From Camelus ferus (Eukaryota), in assembly GCF_009834535.1 (NCBI RefSeq), contig NC_045697.1:86988001-87052000 (forward strand): a stretch of 64,000 nucleotides of DNA, given 5' to 3'. Made by a program: the position numbers and the translations under genes. The notes beneath the pieces were generated by a model. The model saw only the letters and a program-made list of their open reading frames with translations, was not told the DNA's origin and searched no databases. Positions 24,061 through 37,883 of the stretch are shown piece by piece (within the stretch, counting starts at the first letter, position 1; every line of letters starts with the position of its first letter).

Positions 24061-26655
24061 ACATACTCTTGTCAGATTAATTTGCATGTTGCTATTAGTT
24101 TAATCTTTTCCACATACCTTCTTCATCATGAGTTTGTCATCTCAAATTCTTTCAATAATTACTGTTGCCATGTCATATCTAACCTCCTCATCCTGCTCTC
24201 AGGTCCCTTCATAACTAGGCCCTATTTTTACCACTTAATCTTGCTTCCTTCTCTCCACTCATTTCCATCAAATATATATATGTGTGTGTGTGTATATATG
24301 TGCTTCAATTCAAATACAAAACTTACAGAAGGCTAGGCATAATACTACTTTAGGTACTTGAAAAAATTCTGTTGAAGATAAAGCTTACTTTGAGTCAGGG
24401 ACCCTGACTTAACTAAAACTTTGAAAGTTATAACTACAAGAATGTTTTTACATAGTTTTTCGGAGAAGTGCGTGATACTGCTTCTAGCTACCATTACGAG
24501 TATTAGTTTCAAATTTAAAAACATACATGATAGGGGAAAATATTTGACTCTGTCCACCAATATTTACTGAAGTCTCCAAAAGCATCAAAATAATTATTCT
24601 CTTTCACTTTTACTTACACTCCTGAGCATGAAAACATCTGATCTCTAATCATGGTACTACTCTTAAAAATCTCTGTTGCTTCTAGTTGCCTATACTTCTT
24701 ATTTGGGTATATGAGGCTCTTTACGTTCTGTTCCCAATCTAGCTTTGAGATCAAATTTTACCACTCCCATCTGTAAAGGAGAGTAGGTCCACATGGACAG
24801 ACCTTCACCCTGGGGAGTGCCCTTGCCTGCTGGAAAATCTGTGCTGGGTCAGATAGAAATGAGAGACACCTAGACTCTACTTGTGAGAAGTGTGCCTGTG
24901 CTGGCTTGCTAACAATCAGGGTGGAAAGAGACCAGCTGGTGGCTGCCACCTTGCTGCACTTCCCAATCTGAAGAGGCCAAAGCCTCGGCCCTGCTAGCTC
25001 CACACTACAGCCTGGAGCGAGATCACGGAAGAGATTTGGTCTAGCTGTGCAGAGACAGACCATGGCACCTGAGGTGTGATCTGGACCAAATCGTAGAGAC
25101 TACTGTCAGTGCACACCCAGGGGCGGCAGATGGAACCAGATAGACACAGTCAGTGTGCGCAGCAGCATGTTTCCTGAAGGGAGTGCTCTAGCTTCACCCA
25201 CTCCACGCTGTAATTTGGAGCTGGAACTGGGGCAGACAAGTCCTTGGAGAGGTCTGCCACAGAGGCTGCCCAGGTCCCAGGAGGCAGGACAGCCACCTCA
25301 ACTTCTGCGGCCACAACACTCTGGCCCCCAGACCCAGCTTACTCCACACCACTGCCTAGCACTAGGTCTGGGACAAACACAATGGAGAAAGGGACATGAT
25401 CTTGGGCTGCTTCTGGATGGAACTGCAGACACCTGCATGTACAGTGCCTAAGTTCACTGTGACTGCAAGGGCTTCACTTGCTTCAGTGGTCACCTCCTTG
25501 GGGCAGGGCATGCACTCAAGGGCAATGGAGCTTAATCAAACCCAACCCTCTGGGCTTCTACTCCAAGGAGACTCACGCCAACACATATAATTAAAATGGC
25601 AAAAGTTAAAGATAGAGAAGATTCTAAAAGCAGCAAAAGAAAAACAGAGTCAGTTGCAAGAGAACTGCTGTAAGTCCATCAGCTGATTTCTCTGCAGAAA
25701 TGTTGTAGGCCAGAGGGAATGGCATGATATATTCAAAATCCTGAAAGGAAAAAACTTGCAACCAAAGATACTCCACCAAGCAAGATCATCACTTAGAATA
25801 GAAGGAGAAAGAATTTCTCAGACAAGCAAAAACTAAAAGAATTCAGCAATACTAAATCTACCCAAAAAGAATACTGAAAAGTCTTCTCTACATAGAAAAC
25901 AAGCAAGAATTCACAGGAAAGAGAAAAATCACAATAGGAATGGCAAATATAGAAAAGAACTGAAGATCACTTAAATAAGCCAGTATATAGATTAAAAAAA
26001 ATAATAAAAATTTTGTAAAAGTGATTATAACTACTTGAACAGCAAAAGGATAAGAATGAAGACATAACACAGGACACCAAAATCACAAAATGTGGAGAAA
26101 GGAAGTTTAAAAATGTACATCTTTTAGATTGAGTTTCAACTTGTATAAATATCAGTTTAAAGCAAGTAGATAAAGTTATGGGTCAACATACTTGAAAACC
26201 AGAGTAGCTACAAATTAAAAACACAACAGAATCCCAAAAATAAAAAGGAAAGGACCTCAAAGCATACTGCAGAAGAAAACATCAAAACAAACAAAAAATG
26301 AACGAAGAAGAACTACAAAAACAATTGGAAAAAGGTTTAAAATGGTAATAAGTAGATACCTTTCAATAATTACTTTAAATGTCAATGGACTAAATATTCT
26401 GATCAAAATACAAAGAGGGGCAGAATGGACAAAAAACCCAGAACCTACAATATGCTGTCTACAAGAGACTCACTTCAGATGAAAGACATATCCAGACTGA
26501 AAGTGAAGGAATGGAAAAAGATATTTCATACAAATGGAAATGACAAGAAAGTAGGGGTAGTAATACTCATATCAGACAAAAACAGACTTTAAAACAAAAT
26601 TCATAAAAGGACATCATATAATGATAAAGGTTTAATACAAGAAGAGGATATTATA

Positions 26656-27850
26656 GGACTCTCGAGAAGATGGCGGAGTAGAAGGGCGTTCGCAGCTCAC
26701 CCTCTCCCACAAATACACCAAGACCCACATCCACAGACCCACTCAGCCAACCAGAGCACCTGCAGAACTCCGACAGAACATTGCCCTCTTCAAAAGATAA
26801 AGACGCCAAAAATCTGGTAGGAAAAAAGGAAAAAAGAAAGAACAAAAGGCAAAGCAGAGCGGGACGGGTCCCGCGGGGAGGGAGCGGCAAAGGAGGACTG
26901 GCGCTCGCTCGCTGGGTCTCCCCTCTACAACTGAGAGGACAGCGGGACGGAGGGGGAGCCTCCGAGGCTCGGATCTATACGGAGCAGCCCTTGACTGACA
27001 GAACTAAGTTAAACGGGCACAGAGGGTCCCCCCTGACACCCAGCCTGAGACGCGGGCTGGCAGCGGCTGGCAGCGGCGGGCAGGGCCAGGCTGCACAAGC
27101 TGGGTAGAGGACGGGGGCGGCTGCACGGAGGCAGCCCCGGGGGAACGCAAGGGGCTGCGCGCTGTGGCTGTGGGTGCACAGGGCAGAACAATCTGGGCCC
27201 TCCATAAAACAGCAAGGTTGATGTGCTCTCGGGGAAAGGGTGCATACCCCCATCTCTGAAAACCCGCGGAAACTTTTCGGAGGAAGAGAGGCGGGGCTCA
27301 GGCACAGCCGCCATATCCTCTGGCGCTTAGCATCCAGGCAGGGGTGGGGGCAAAACCTGCATCCACGCCGAAGGGCTTAGCAGCCTCAAAGGCCACACTG
27401 AGACTGGCCTACAGCCCGGGGCAGATAGGATCCTTCCATCCTGGTACCTCAGAAAACTTGCTCCACAAAGACAAACAAGGAGCTGAGCTTTGGCCCGGAG
27501 CAGGGACAAAGCTGTCCCTCTGTCTTCCCCGAGCCCACCTGCGGAGCGCCGACCAGGGCGGAGCGCGCAGCCACACAGAGCGGGGGAGATACCGGCAGCG
27601 CAGGTAGAGGGAGAGCGGCCCCCCGCCTTTCGGGCAGGAACACAGCCCGTGACCGAGGTGCTGGGAGGGGGCACGACCCGCCCTCCTACCTGGCCAGTCT
27701 GCAACATCTGACTGCAGCATCGGGAGGGGCAGTGACCCGCCCGCCCACAGCAGAGGAGAGCTGCACCTGACCCAGTGTTGGGAGGAGGCGCGATCTGCTT
27801 GCTGACAGGTGCTGGGAGCAGCACAGAAGAGGGTGCCAACGGAGGGCCTC
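26656..27850 (+). promoter_or_regulatory. CpG-rich L1 internal promoter / 5' UTR with YY1-type motif
   Basis: aagatggcgg at 26667-26676; dense retained CpGs. Confidence 0.75.
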
Positions 27851-28337
27851 TGAAAACAGCAAGCTGAGCTTCCAAAACAGGACGAAGACAGAAAGACTTC
27901 ACATTAAAAGCACACAGACTCCAGGAGAACACCGACAAACCCCCCCCCCCCTTTTTTTAATCTGTTTTTACCTGTTCTATTTTCTATTACCCTCTTAATT
28001 TTTACTTCTTAATTCATTTCTATTTCTCTTGGGTTTTGATGTCCTGTTATTGATTAGACACAGGTTTCAAATACATCTACTCATCTCCCCCCCCCCCTTT
28101 TTTAAAGGTTTTAAAAGGACGTCTCAACCCGATTGGTACTCTGCTTCAACTTGCTCTTCTATTATTCATATACACTGTTTTCAAACCCTCTTTCTCCCTT
28201 CTTTTAAAATTCTCTCTCTCTCTCTTATTTTTTTCTTTTTTTCCTAAGTTCTATTCCTAAATAGGCATTAGATAGATAAAATCCTTAAGGACCAAAATAA
28301 ACAACTGATACTCCATAAACCACAGTGCCAGAGAGGT

Positions 28338-29240
28338 ATGAGCAAGATGAAGAAGCAGAGAAACCTTTCCCAATTAAAAGAACAAGAGAAATCCCCTGAA
28401 AGAAAGATCAATGAAATAGATATTGATAGCCTACTAGATCAAGATTTCAAAAAAGGAGTGATCAAATTGCTGAAGGAATTAAAAGAGATAGTGTTTAGAG
28501 ATATAAAATATGTCGAAAATGAAATTGAAGCTATAAAGAAGAGCCAAGTAGAATGGGTAAACTCATTGACAGAGATGAGGAATGATCTAATAGCTGTGCA
28601 AAGCCAACTAGATAATGCAGAGGAAATAATTAGTGATCTAGAAGACAGGACAATAGAAAGCACCCATTCAGAAGAACTACAAGATAAGCAAACAAAAAAT
28701 AATGAAAATAGCATAAGGGACCTATGGGACAATATAAAGCGTCCCAATCTTCGCATAATAGGGGTCCCAGAAGGGGAAGAAAGATCAGAGGGGATTGAAA
28801 AGGTTTTTGAAGAAATCATGACTGAAAACTTCCCAAACTTAAAGAAGGAATCAGATATCGAAGTACAGGAAGCTCAGAGGGTCCCAAACAGGAAGAACCC
28901 AAATAGACCCACACCAAGACATATCATAATCAAGATGGCCAGAGTCAAGGATAAAGAAATGATTCTAAAGGCAGCAAGAGAAAAGCAAAGAGTAAGTTAC
29001 AAGGGAACCCCCATAAGGCTCTCAGCTGATTTCTCTACACAAACACTACAGGCCAGAAGGGAGTGGCAAGATACATTCAAAGCTCTGAATGAAAAAAAGA
29101 TGCAGCCTAGGATCCTTTATCCAGCAAGGCTATCCTTGAGGATAGAAGGAGACATAAAGAGTTTCACAGACAAAAAAAAGCTGCAGGAGTTTAGCAACAC
29201 TAAACCCATGCTAAAAGAAATATTGAAAGGGCTATTCTAA
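28338..29240 (+). CDS. L1 ORF1p, intact 300 aa (coiled coil, RRM, CTD)
   Basis: Uninterrupted ATG-to-TAA ORF with KRPNLRIIGVPE, TPRHIIIKM, ARREW and YPARLS motifs. Confidence 0.92.
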   Translation: MSKMKKQRNLSQLKEQEKSPERKINEIDIDSLLDQDFKKGVIKLLKELKEIVFRDIKYVENEIEAIKKSQVEWVNSLTEMRNDLIAVQSQLDNAEEIISDLEDRTIESTHSEELQDKQTKNNENSIRDLWDNIKRPNLRIIGVPEGEERSEGIEKVFEEIMTENFPNLKKESDIEVQEAQRVPNRKNPNRPTPRHIIIKMARVKDKEMILKAAREKQRVSYKGTPIRLSADFSTQTLQARREWQDTFKALNEKKMQPRILYPARLSLRIEGDIKSFTDKKKLQEFSNTKPMLKEILKGLF

Positions 29241-29646
29241 ATAGAAAAGCAGCAGGATGCTACAGAAATGAGAAACTCACAACTGGAAAGGTGGTAACTC
29301 ATGAATTACAGATAAAGTAAACACGAAATTATAAAAGAAGACATACAAATCACTGAGAGTGGGAGAGGGAGGCAGGGAAATATAGAATATATTTTTTTCT
29401 TTCTTTTTTAAATTTTTTTAACAGTAGGATGGGTTTAAGATCATGTTACTATCACTTTAATAAAAACAGTTATAGTAATGGGCTAATAGATTTACAAAAA
29501 AGGGTAACCACAAGCCAAAAACTTACAAGGGAGTCACAAAAATTAAATAAAATCCATGATAATACAAAGGAAAACTACCAAACCACAAAAGGAAGAAGAA
29601 AGGAACAAAGAGGATATACCAATTCAACCACAAAGATAAGTTCAAA

Positions 29647-32600
29647 ATGGCAATAAACACACATCTATCATTAATTACTGTAAATGTTAATGGACTAAAT
29701 GCTCCAGTCAAAAGACATAGAGTGGCAGACTGGATAATAAAGCAAGAACCTTCAATATGCTGCATACAAGAGACCCACTTTAGGGAGAAGGACACATATA
29801 GATTGAGAGTGAAAGGATGGAAAAGGATATTCCATGCAAATGGAAAAGCCAAAAAAGCAGGTGTTGCAGTACTGATTTCAGACAAAATAGACTTTAAAAC
29901 AAAGGCCATAAAGAAAGATAAAGAAGGACATTTTATAATGATTAAAGGAGTGATACAAGATGAGGATATTACACTCGTTAATATATATGCACCCAATATA
30001 GGAGCACCTAAGTACATACAAGAATTACTAACAGAGATAAAGGGGGATATTGATGGGAATACAATCATAGTTGGAGATTTTAACACTGCATTAACATCAC
30101 TAGACAGATCTTCCAGACAAAAAATAAACAAGGCAACAGAGAAATTAAATACTACAATAGAAAAACTAGATTTGGTGGATATTTTCAGAGCATTACACCC
30201 CCCCAAAATAGGATGTACATTCTTTTCAAGTGCACATGGAACATTTTCCAGGATCGATCATGTACTTGGGAAAAAAAGAAACTTCAACAATTTTAAGAAG
30301 ATAGAAATTATCTCAAGCATCTTTACTGACCACAATGCCATGAAACTGGAAATCAACAACAGAGAAACAAAGGAGAAAAAAAGGAAAGCATGGAGATTAA
30401 ACAATATGTTGTTGAAAAAACAATGGGTCAATGAGGAAATCAAAGCTGAAATTAAAAAATACCTTGAGACAAATGATAATGAAAGCACAACCACTCAAAA
30501 CCTATGGGACACAGCAAAGGCAGTGCTAAGAGGGAAGTTTATAGCGATACAGGCCTTCCTCAAAAAAGAACAATCTCAGATAAACAATTTAACCCACCAC
30601 CTGAATGAATTAGAAAAAGAAGAACAAAAAGCCCCAAAAAGCAGCAGAAGGAAGGAAATAATAAAGATCAGAGAGGAATTAAATACAATAGAGATTAACA
30701 AGACCATAGAAAAAATCAACCAAACCAAAAGCTGGTTTTTTGAAAAAGTAAATAAAATCGACAAACCTCTGGCCAAACTCACAAAGAAGAAAAAAGGGAG
30801 AGCACAAATTAGCAAAATAAGAAAGGAAAATGGAGAAATTACAACAAACAAAATAGAAATTCAGAATATCATACGAGAATGTTATGAAAAACTATATGGA
30901 ACCAAACTGGATAACCTAGAGGAGATGGACAAGTTTCTGGAAACATACTGTCCACCAAGACTGAATCAAGAAGAATCTGAACACTTGAACAATCCGATCA
31001 CTAGAAAGGAAATAGAAATAGCAATTAAAAACCTCCCTACAAATAAAAGTCCAGGACCGGACGGCTTCACCACGGAATTCTACAAAACATACAAAGAAGA
31101 ACTCATACCAGTCCTTCTCAAACTCTTTCAGACGATTGAAAAGGAGGGAATACTCCCAAACTCATTCTATGAAGCCACCATCATCACCCTACCAAAACCA
31201 GGCAAAGACACTACAAAAAGAAGAGAATTATAGGCCAATATCACTGATGAACATAGACGCCAAAATCCTCACCAAAATTTTAGCAAATAGAATCCAACAA
31301 CACATAAAAAAGATTATACATCATGACCAAGTGGGGTTCATCCCAGGGACACAAGGCTGGTTCAACATACGCAAATCAATCAGTGTAATACATCACATCA
31401 ACAAGAGAAAGGACAAAAACTACATGATCATCTCAATCGATGCAGAAAAAGCATTTGATAAAATTCAACACCCATTTATGATAAAAACTCGCCGAAGTGT
31501 GTATAGAGGGAACATATCTCAACATAATAAAAGCTATATATGACAAACCTACAGCCAGCATAGTACTCAATGGTGAAAAACTCAAAACTTCCCACTAAAA
31601 TCTGGGACAAGACAAGGATGCCCACTATCACCACTCCTATTCAACATAGTCCTGGAAGTCCTAGCCACAGCAGTCAGGCAAGAGAAAGAAATAACAGGGA
31701 TCCAAATTGGAAAAGAAGAGGTAAAAGTGTCATTATATGCTGACGACATGTTACTATATATAGAAAACCCTAAAAGGTCCACACAAAAGCTACTAGAGCT
31801 GATTGAAGAATTCAGCAAGGTAGCAGGTTACAAAATTAACGTTCAAAAATCAGTTGCATTTCTTTACACTAACGATAAATCAACAGAAAAAGAAAGTAAA
31901 GAAACAATCCCCTTTAAAATAGCACCCAAAGTAATAAAATATCTGGGAATAAATCTAACCAAGGAGGTGAAAGAATTATACACAGAAAACTATAAACCAC
32001 TGATGAAGGAAATTAAAGAAGACTTTAAAAAAATGGAAAGATATTCCATGCTCTTGGATTGGAAGAATCAATATTGTTAAAATGGTCACACTGCCCAAGG
32101 CAATCTACAGATTTAATGCAATCCCTATCAAATTACCCAGGACATATTTCACAGAACTAGAACAAATCATAATAAAATTTATATGGAACCACAAAAGACC
32201 TAGAATAGCCAAAGCATTAGTGAAGAAAAAGTAAGAGGCTGGAGGAATAACTCTCCCAGACTTCAGACAATACTCTAGAGCTACAGTCATCAAGACAGCA
32301 CGGTATTGGTACAAAAACAGACATATAGACCAATGGAACAGAATAGAGAGCCCAGAAATGAACCCACAAACTTTTGGTCAACTGATCTTCGACAAAGGAG
32401 GCAAGAATATACAATGGAATAAGGACAGTCTCTTCAGCAAATGGTGTTGGGAAAACTGGACAGCAGCATGTAAAACAATGAAGCTAGAACACTCCCTTAC
32501 ACCATATACAAAAATCAACTCAAAATGGATTAAAGACTTAAACATAAGACAAGATACAATAAACCTCCTAGAGGAAAACATAGGCAAAACATTATCTGAC

Positions 32601-33439
32601 ATACATTTAAAAAACTTTCTCCTAGAAGAAATAAAAGCAAGAATAAACAAATGGGACCTAATGAAACTTACAAGCTTCTGCACAGCAAAGGAAACCAGAA
32701 ATAAAACAAGAAGAAAACCTACGGAATGGGAGAAAATTTTTGCAAGTGAAACCGACAAAGGCTTGATCTCCAGAATATATAAGCAGCTCATACGACTCAA
32801 TAAGAAAAAAATAAACAACCCAATCCAAAAATGGGCAGAAGACCTAAACAAGCAATTCTCCAAGGAAGACATACAAATGATCAAACAGCACATGAAAAAA
32901 TGCTCAATATCACTAATTATCAGAGAAATGCAAATCAAAACTACAATGAGGTATCACCTCACACCAGTCAGAATGGCTGTCATTCAAAAATCCACAAATG
33001 ACAAATGCTGGAGAGGCTGTGGAGAAACGGGAACCCTCCTACACTGCTGGTGGGAATGCAGTTCGGTGCAGCCACTATGGAAAACAGTGTGGAGATTCCT
33101 CAAAAGACTAGGAATAGACTTACCATATGACCCAGGAATCCCACTCCTGGGCTTGTATCCAGAGGAAATCTACTTCAGGATGACACCTGCACCCCAATGT
33201 TCATAGCAGCATTATTTACAATAGCCAAGACATGGGAACAGCCTAAATGTCCATCAACAGGTGACTGGATAAAGAAGAGGTGGTATATTTATACAATGGA
33301 ATACTACTCAGCCATAAAAACCGACAACATAATGCCATTTGCAGCAACATGGATGCTCCTGGAGAATGTCATTCTAAGTGAAGTAAGCCAGAAAGAGAAA
33401 GAAAAATACCATATGAGATCGCTCATATGTGGAATCTAA
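29647..33439 (+). pseudogene. L1 ORF2 (endonuclease/RT), disrupted
   Basis: 528 open codons covering the endonuclease (NVNGLN, IQETH, GDFN, TDH); YADD at about 31736-31747; frameshifts near 31215, 31490, 31585, 32030 and 33165; stop near 32232. Confidence 0.92.
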
Positions 33440-36400
33440 AAAAACAAAAACAAAAAACAAACAAACAAACAAAAACAAAGCGTAAATAAAGGACAGAAAT
33501 AGACTCACAGAGAATACAGACTTGTGGTTGCCAGGGGGGTGGAGGGTGGGAAGGGATAGACTGGGATTTCAAAATTGTAGAACAGATAAACAAGATTACA
33601 CTGTATAGCACAGGGAAATATACACAAAATGTTATGATAACCAAGAAAAAAATGTGACGAGTGTGTATATGTCCATGAATGACTGAAAAATTGTGCTGAA
33701 CACTGGAATTTGACACAACATTGTAAAATGATTATAAATCAATAAAAAATGTTAAAAAAGAAGAGGATATTATACACATTAACATACATGCACCCAATAT
33801 AGGAGTATCTTTATTTATATATAAAACAAATACTAACGGATATGAAGGGAGAAATTAACAGGAATACAATAATAGTAGGAGACTTTAACAATCCACTGAC
33901 ATCCAAGGACAGATCTTCCAGACAGAAAATCAGTAAGATAACAGAGGTCCTAAATGACACGACAGAACTGTTGGACTTAGTTGATATCTACAGGACACTA
34001 CATCCAAAAAACTCAGAATACACATTCTTTTCAATCATGCATGGAACATTTTCTAGGACAGACCACATACTAGGTCACAAGACAAACCTCCACAAAGTTA
34101 AGAGGATAGAAATTATTTCAAGCATCTTTTCTGACCACAATGATATGAAACTAGAAATCAACCACAGGGGAAAAAAATGGGAAAAGAATGCACACATGGA
34201 GACTAAACAACATGCCACTAAAAACCCAATAGGTCAACAATAAAATCAAAGAAATAAGAAAATACCTTGAGACAGACAAGAATGAAAACACAACCTTACA
34301 AAATCTATAGGATGCAATAAAAGCAGTTCTAAGAGGGAATTCATAGCAATACAGGTCTTCCTCAAGAAACAAGAAAATCTCAAACAACCTAACCCTACCA
34401 CCTAAAAGAATCAGAAAAAGAACAAACAAAACCCAAAGTCAGCAGAAGGAAGGAAATTATAATGACCAGAGAAGAAATAAATAAAAAATAAATGTAAAAA
34501 AGTGGAAAAGATCAATAAAACCAAAAACTGGATCAACAAAATTAACAAACCTCTCTCTATCCAGGCTCAAAGGAGAGAGGACCCAAACAGACAAAATAAT
34601 AAATGAAAGAGAAATAACTGATGCCACAGAAATAAAAAAAAATCATGAGAATAGTATAAACAGTGATATGCCAAATACTGGACAACCCAGAAGAAATGGA
34701 CAAGTTTCAAGAAACATAAAGCCTGTCAAAACTGAGTCAAGAAGAAAAAGATAATTTGATCACTAGAAATGAAGCAGATGCTGTAATAAAAACAAACAAA
34801 CCCCAAATATCCAGGACCAATGGCTTTACTGGGGAATTCTACCAAAGAAAGAAGAACTTATACCTATCCTTCTCAAACTCTTCCAAAAGACGGAAGGAAG
34901 AGGAGATAACACTCCCCAAGTCATTCTATGAAGCCACCATACCCTGGTAAGAAAACCAGAAAAAGACACTACAAAAAAGGAAAATTACGTCAGTATCTTT
35001 CATGAATATAGATGCAAAAATCCTCAACAAAATATTTGCTAACTGAATCCAACAATACATAAAAAAGGATCATACACTACGATGAAGTTGGATTCATCTC
35101 ACGATCACAGGATAGTTCAACATATGCAAATCAATCAGTGTGATACACCATATTAAGGGAAAAGACAAAAACCACACAATCATCTCAATGGACGCAGATA
35201 AAACATTTCACAAAATTCAACATCCATTCATGATGAAAACTCTCACCAAACTGAGTATAAGGGGCCCATATCTCAACATAATAAAAGTCGTTTACAACAA
35301 ACCCAATGTAATACTCAAAGTAAAAAGCTGAAAGCCTTCTTGCTAGGTTCAGAAACTAACAAGGATGCCCACTCTTACCACTTCTTTCAACATAGTACTG
35401 GAAGTCCTAGCCATAATAACCAGAAGAGAAAAAGAAACAAAAGGTATCCAGATTGAAAGGAAAGAGGTAAAACTGTCATTATCTGCAGATGACATGATAC
35501 TGTACACAGAGAACCCTAGAGTCTCCACACAAAAACTAGTAAGAATAAATGAATTCTGTAAGGTAGTGGAATACAGGATTAAACATACAGTAATCTGTTG
35601 TACTTCTTTACACTAACAATGAAGTAGAGAAAGTTTTTAAAAATCCCATAAAAAAATAAAACACCTAGGAATAAACCTAAATAAGGAGATGAAAGACTTT
35701 TACCCTTAAAACTATAAAACACTGATAAAGGAAAGTGAAGATGATTCAAAGAAATGGAAAAATATCCCATGCTGCTGGATGGGAAGAATAAATATTGTTA
35801 CAATGGCCATACTCAAAGCAATCTACAAATTTAATGCAGTCCCTATCAAAATATCCATGACATTTTTTCACAGAAGTAGAAAAAATAATCCTAAAATTTA
35901 TATGGAACCACAAAAGTCCCAGAATTGCCAAAGCAATCCTGAGGAAATAGATCAAAGCTGGAGGCATATCCTTTCTAGACTTCAGACAACACTACAACCT
36001 ACAGTAACCAAAACAATGGTACTAGCACAAAAACAAACACATAGGTCAACAGAACAAAGAGCCCAAAATAAACCCACACACCTACAGTCAATTAATTTAT
36101 GATAAAGGAGGCAAAAATACCCAATGAGGAAAACACAGTCTCTTCAACAAGTGATGTGGGAAAGCTGGACAGTTACAGTAAATAAATGAAATTGGAACAC
36201 TCTCCTACACCATATACAAAAATGAACTCAAAATGGTTTAAGACCTAAATATAAGACTTTACACATAAAACACCTAGAAGAGAATATAGCTAGACATTCT
36301 CAGACATACAATATTTTCTTAGAACAGTCTCCCAAGGCAGAATAAATAAAAGCGAAAATAAACAAATGGGATCTAATTAAACTGAAAAGCTTTTGCACAG

Positions 36401-37519
36401 CAAAGAAAACCATAAACAAAATGAGAAAATAACCTGCAGAATGGGAGAAAATATCCACAAACAATGGGACTAAGAAGGGGCTAATGGCCAAAATGTACAA
36501 ACAGCTCATACAACTATTATGAAAAAATAAACCCAATCAAAAATGGGCAGAAGACCTAAGTAGATATTTCTCCAAAAAAGACATACAGATGGCCAAGAGG
36601 CACATGAAAAGATCCTCAACATCACTAATTATTAGAGAAATGTGAATCAAAACCACAATGAGGTATCATTTCACACTGGTCAGAATGGCTATCATTCAAA
36701 AGTCTGCAAACAAATGATGGAGAGGGTGTGGTGAAAAGGGAACCCTCCACTGTTGGTGGGTATGTAAATTGGTGCAGCCACTATGGAAAGCAGTATGGAG
36801 GTTCCATAAAAAACTAAAAATGGAGCTACCATATTATCACATAATCCCACTCCTGGGTATATATCTGGAAAAGATGAAAACTCTAATTCAAAAAGATACA
36901 TGCATCTTAACATTCATCACAGCATTATTTACCACAGCCAAGACATAGAAACAACCTATGTGTCTATCAACAGATGACTGTCTTAAGAAGATACAGTATG
37001 TAAATATACAGTGGAATATTACTCAGCCACATAAAAGAATGAAATTGCCATTTGCAGCAACATGGGTGGATCTGGAGAATATAATTAGTGAAGTCAGACA
37101 GAAAAAGACAAATATTATGTATCTCTTACATGTGGAATCTAAAAAATTATACAAATGAATCTATATAAAAAACAGAAACAGACTCATAGATACAGAAAAC
37201 ACACTCATGGTTTCCAAAGGGGAAAGGGAAGGTGTAGGGATAAATTAGGAGTATGTACAGCATTAACAGATATAAACTACTATACATAAAATAGATAAGC
37301 AACGAGTAGTTACTCTATAGAACAGTGAACTAAATTCAGTATCTTGTAATATCCTATAATAGAAAATAATCTGAAAAATATATAAGTAACTGCTGCATCA
37401 CTTTGCTGTACACTTGAAACAGAATATTATAAATCAACTATACTTCAATAAAAACATATTTTACCACTTGCTGCACTACTGGCCATAATGGATTTTTTTA
37501 AATCATTATTTTCACACTA

Positions 37520-37883
37520 TGTAGAATGGACTGAATGTTTATGCTCCTTCTCCACAATCTCCCCAATCCAATTCATATGTTTAAACCCTAATCCCTAATG
37601 TGATGGTATCATGAAATTGGGCCTTTGGGAGGTGATTATGTCATGAGAGTGAACTCCTTATGAATGGGAACAGTGCCCTTATAAAAGAGATCCCAGAGAG
37701 TTCCCTCGTCCCTTCCACCATGTGAGAACCTCTATGAACCAGGAAGTAGACACCACAAGACACCAAATCCACCAATGCCTTGAGGCCTACCCAGCTTCCA
37801 GAACTGTTAGAAATAAATGTTTCATTGTTTAAGCTACCCAGTCTATAGTATTTTTGTTATAGCAGCCTGAGTAGACTAAGATA
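37520..37883 (+). mobile_element. MLT1A-like MaLR solo LTR
   Basis: tg...tggactgaatgtt start, cccttataaaagag, aataaa, ttgttatagcagcctgagtagactaagata end. Confidence 0.85.

Larger units (their letters stand above)
26656..33757 (+). mobile_element. Young full-length LINE-1 (7102 bp) nested in the older L1
   Basis: Perfect 17-bp TSD aagaagaggatattata at 26639-26655 and 33758-33774; CpG-rich 5' UTR; ORF1; ORF2; 3' UTR with G-rich tract and AATAAA. Confidence 0.97.
24766..37457 (+). mobile_element. Older LINE-1 (host segments 24766-26655 and 33775-37457) with partial 5' UTR, internally deleted ORF1 and decayed ORF2
   Basis: 11-bp TSD attttaccact at 24755-24765 and 37458-37468; the ORF2 endonuclease region is interrupted at IQEEDII and resumes at 33775 (INIHAPNIG). 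Confidence 0.9.

Noticed and set aside
27327..27938. 203-aa minus-strand ORF in the L1 5' UTR
   Set aside because: Starts at TTG, lies in GC-rich sequence poor in stops, and I found no matching frame in the older L1
29523..30206. 227-aa hydrophobic minus-strand ORF and similar antisense ORFs (e.g. 3379-3933, 32378-32938)
   Set aside because: Antisense shadows of A-rich L1 coding sequence
29647..33439. Active or novel reverse-transcriptase system
   Set aside because: Ordinary L1 ORF2 with several frameshifts and a stop; no unusual partner genes
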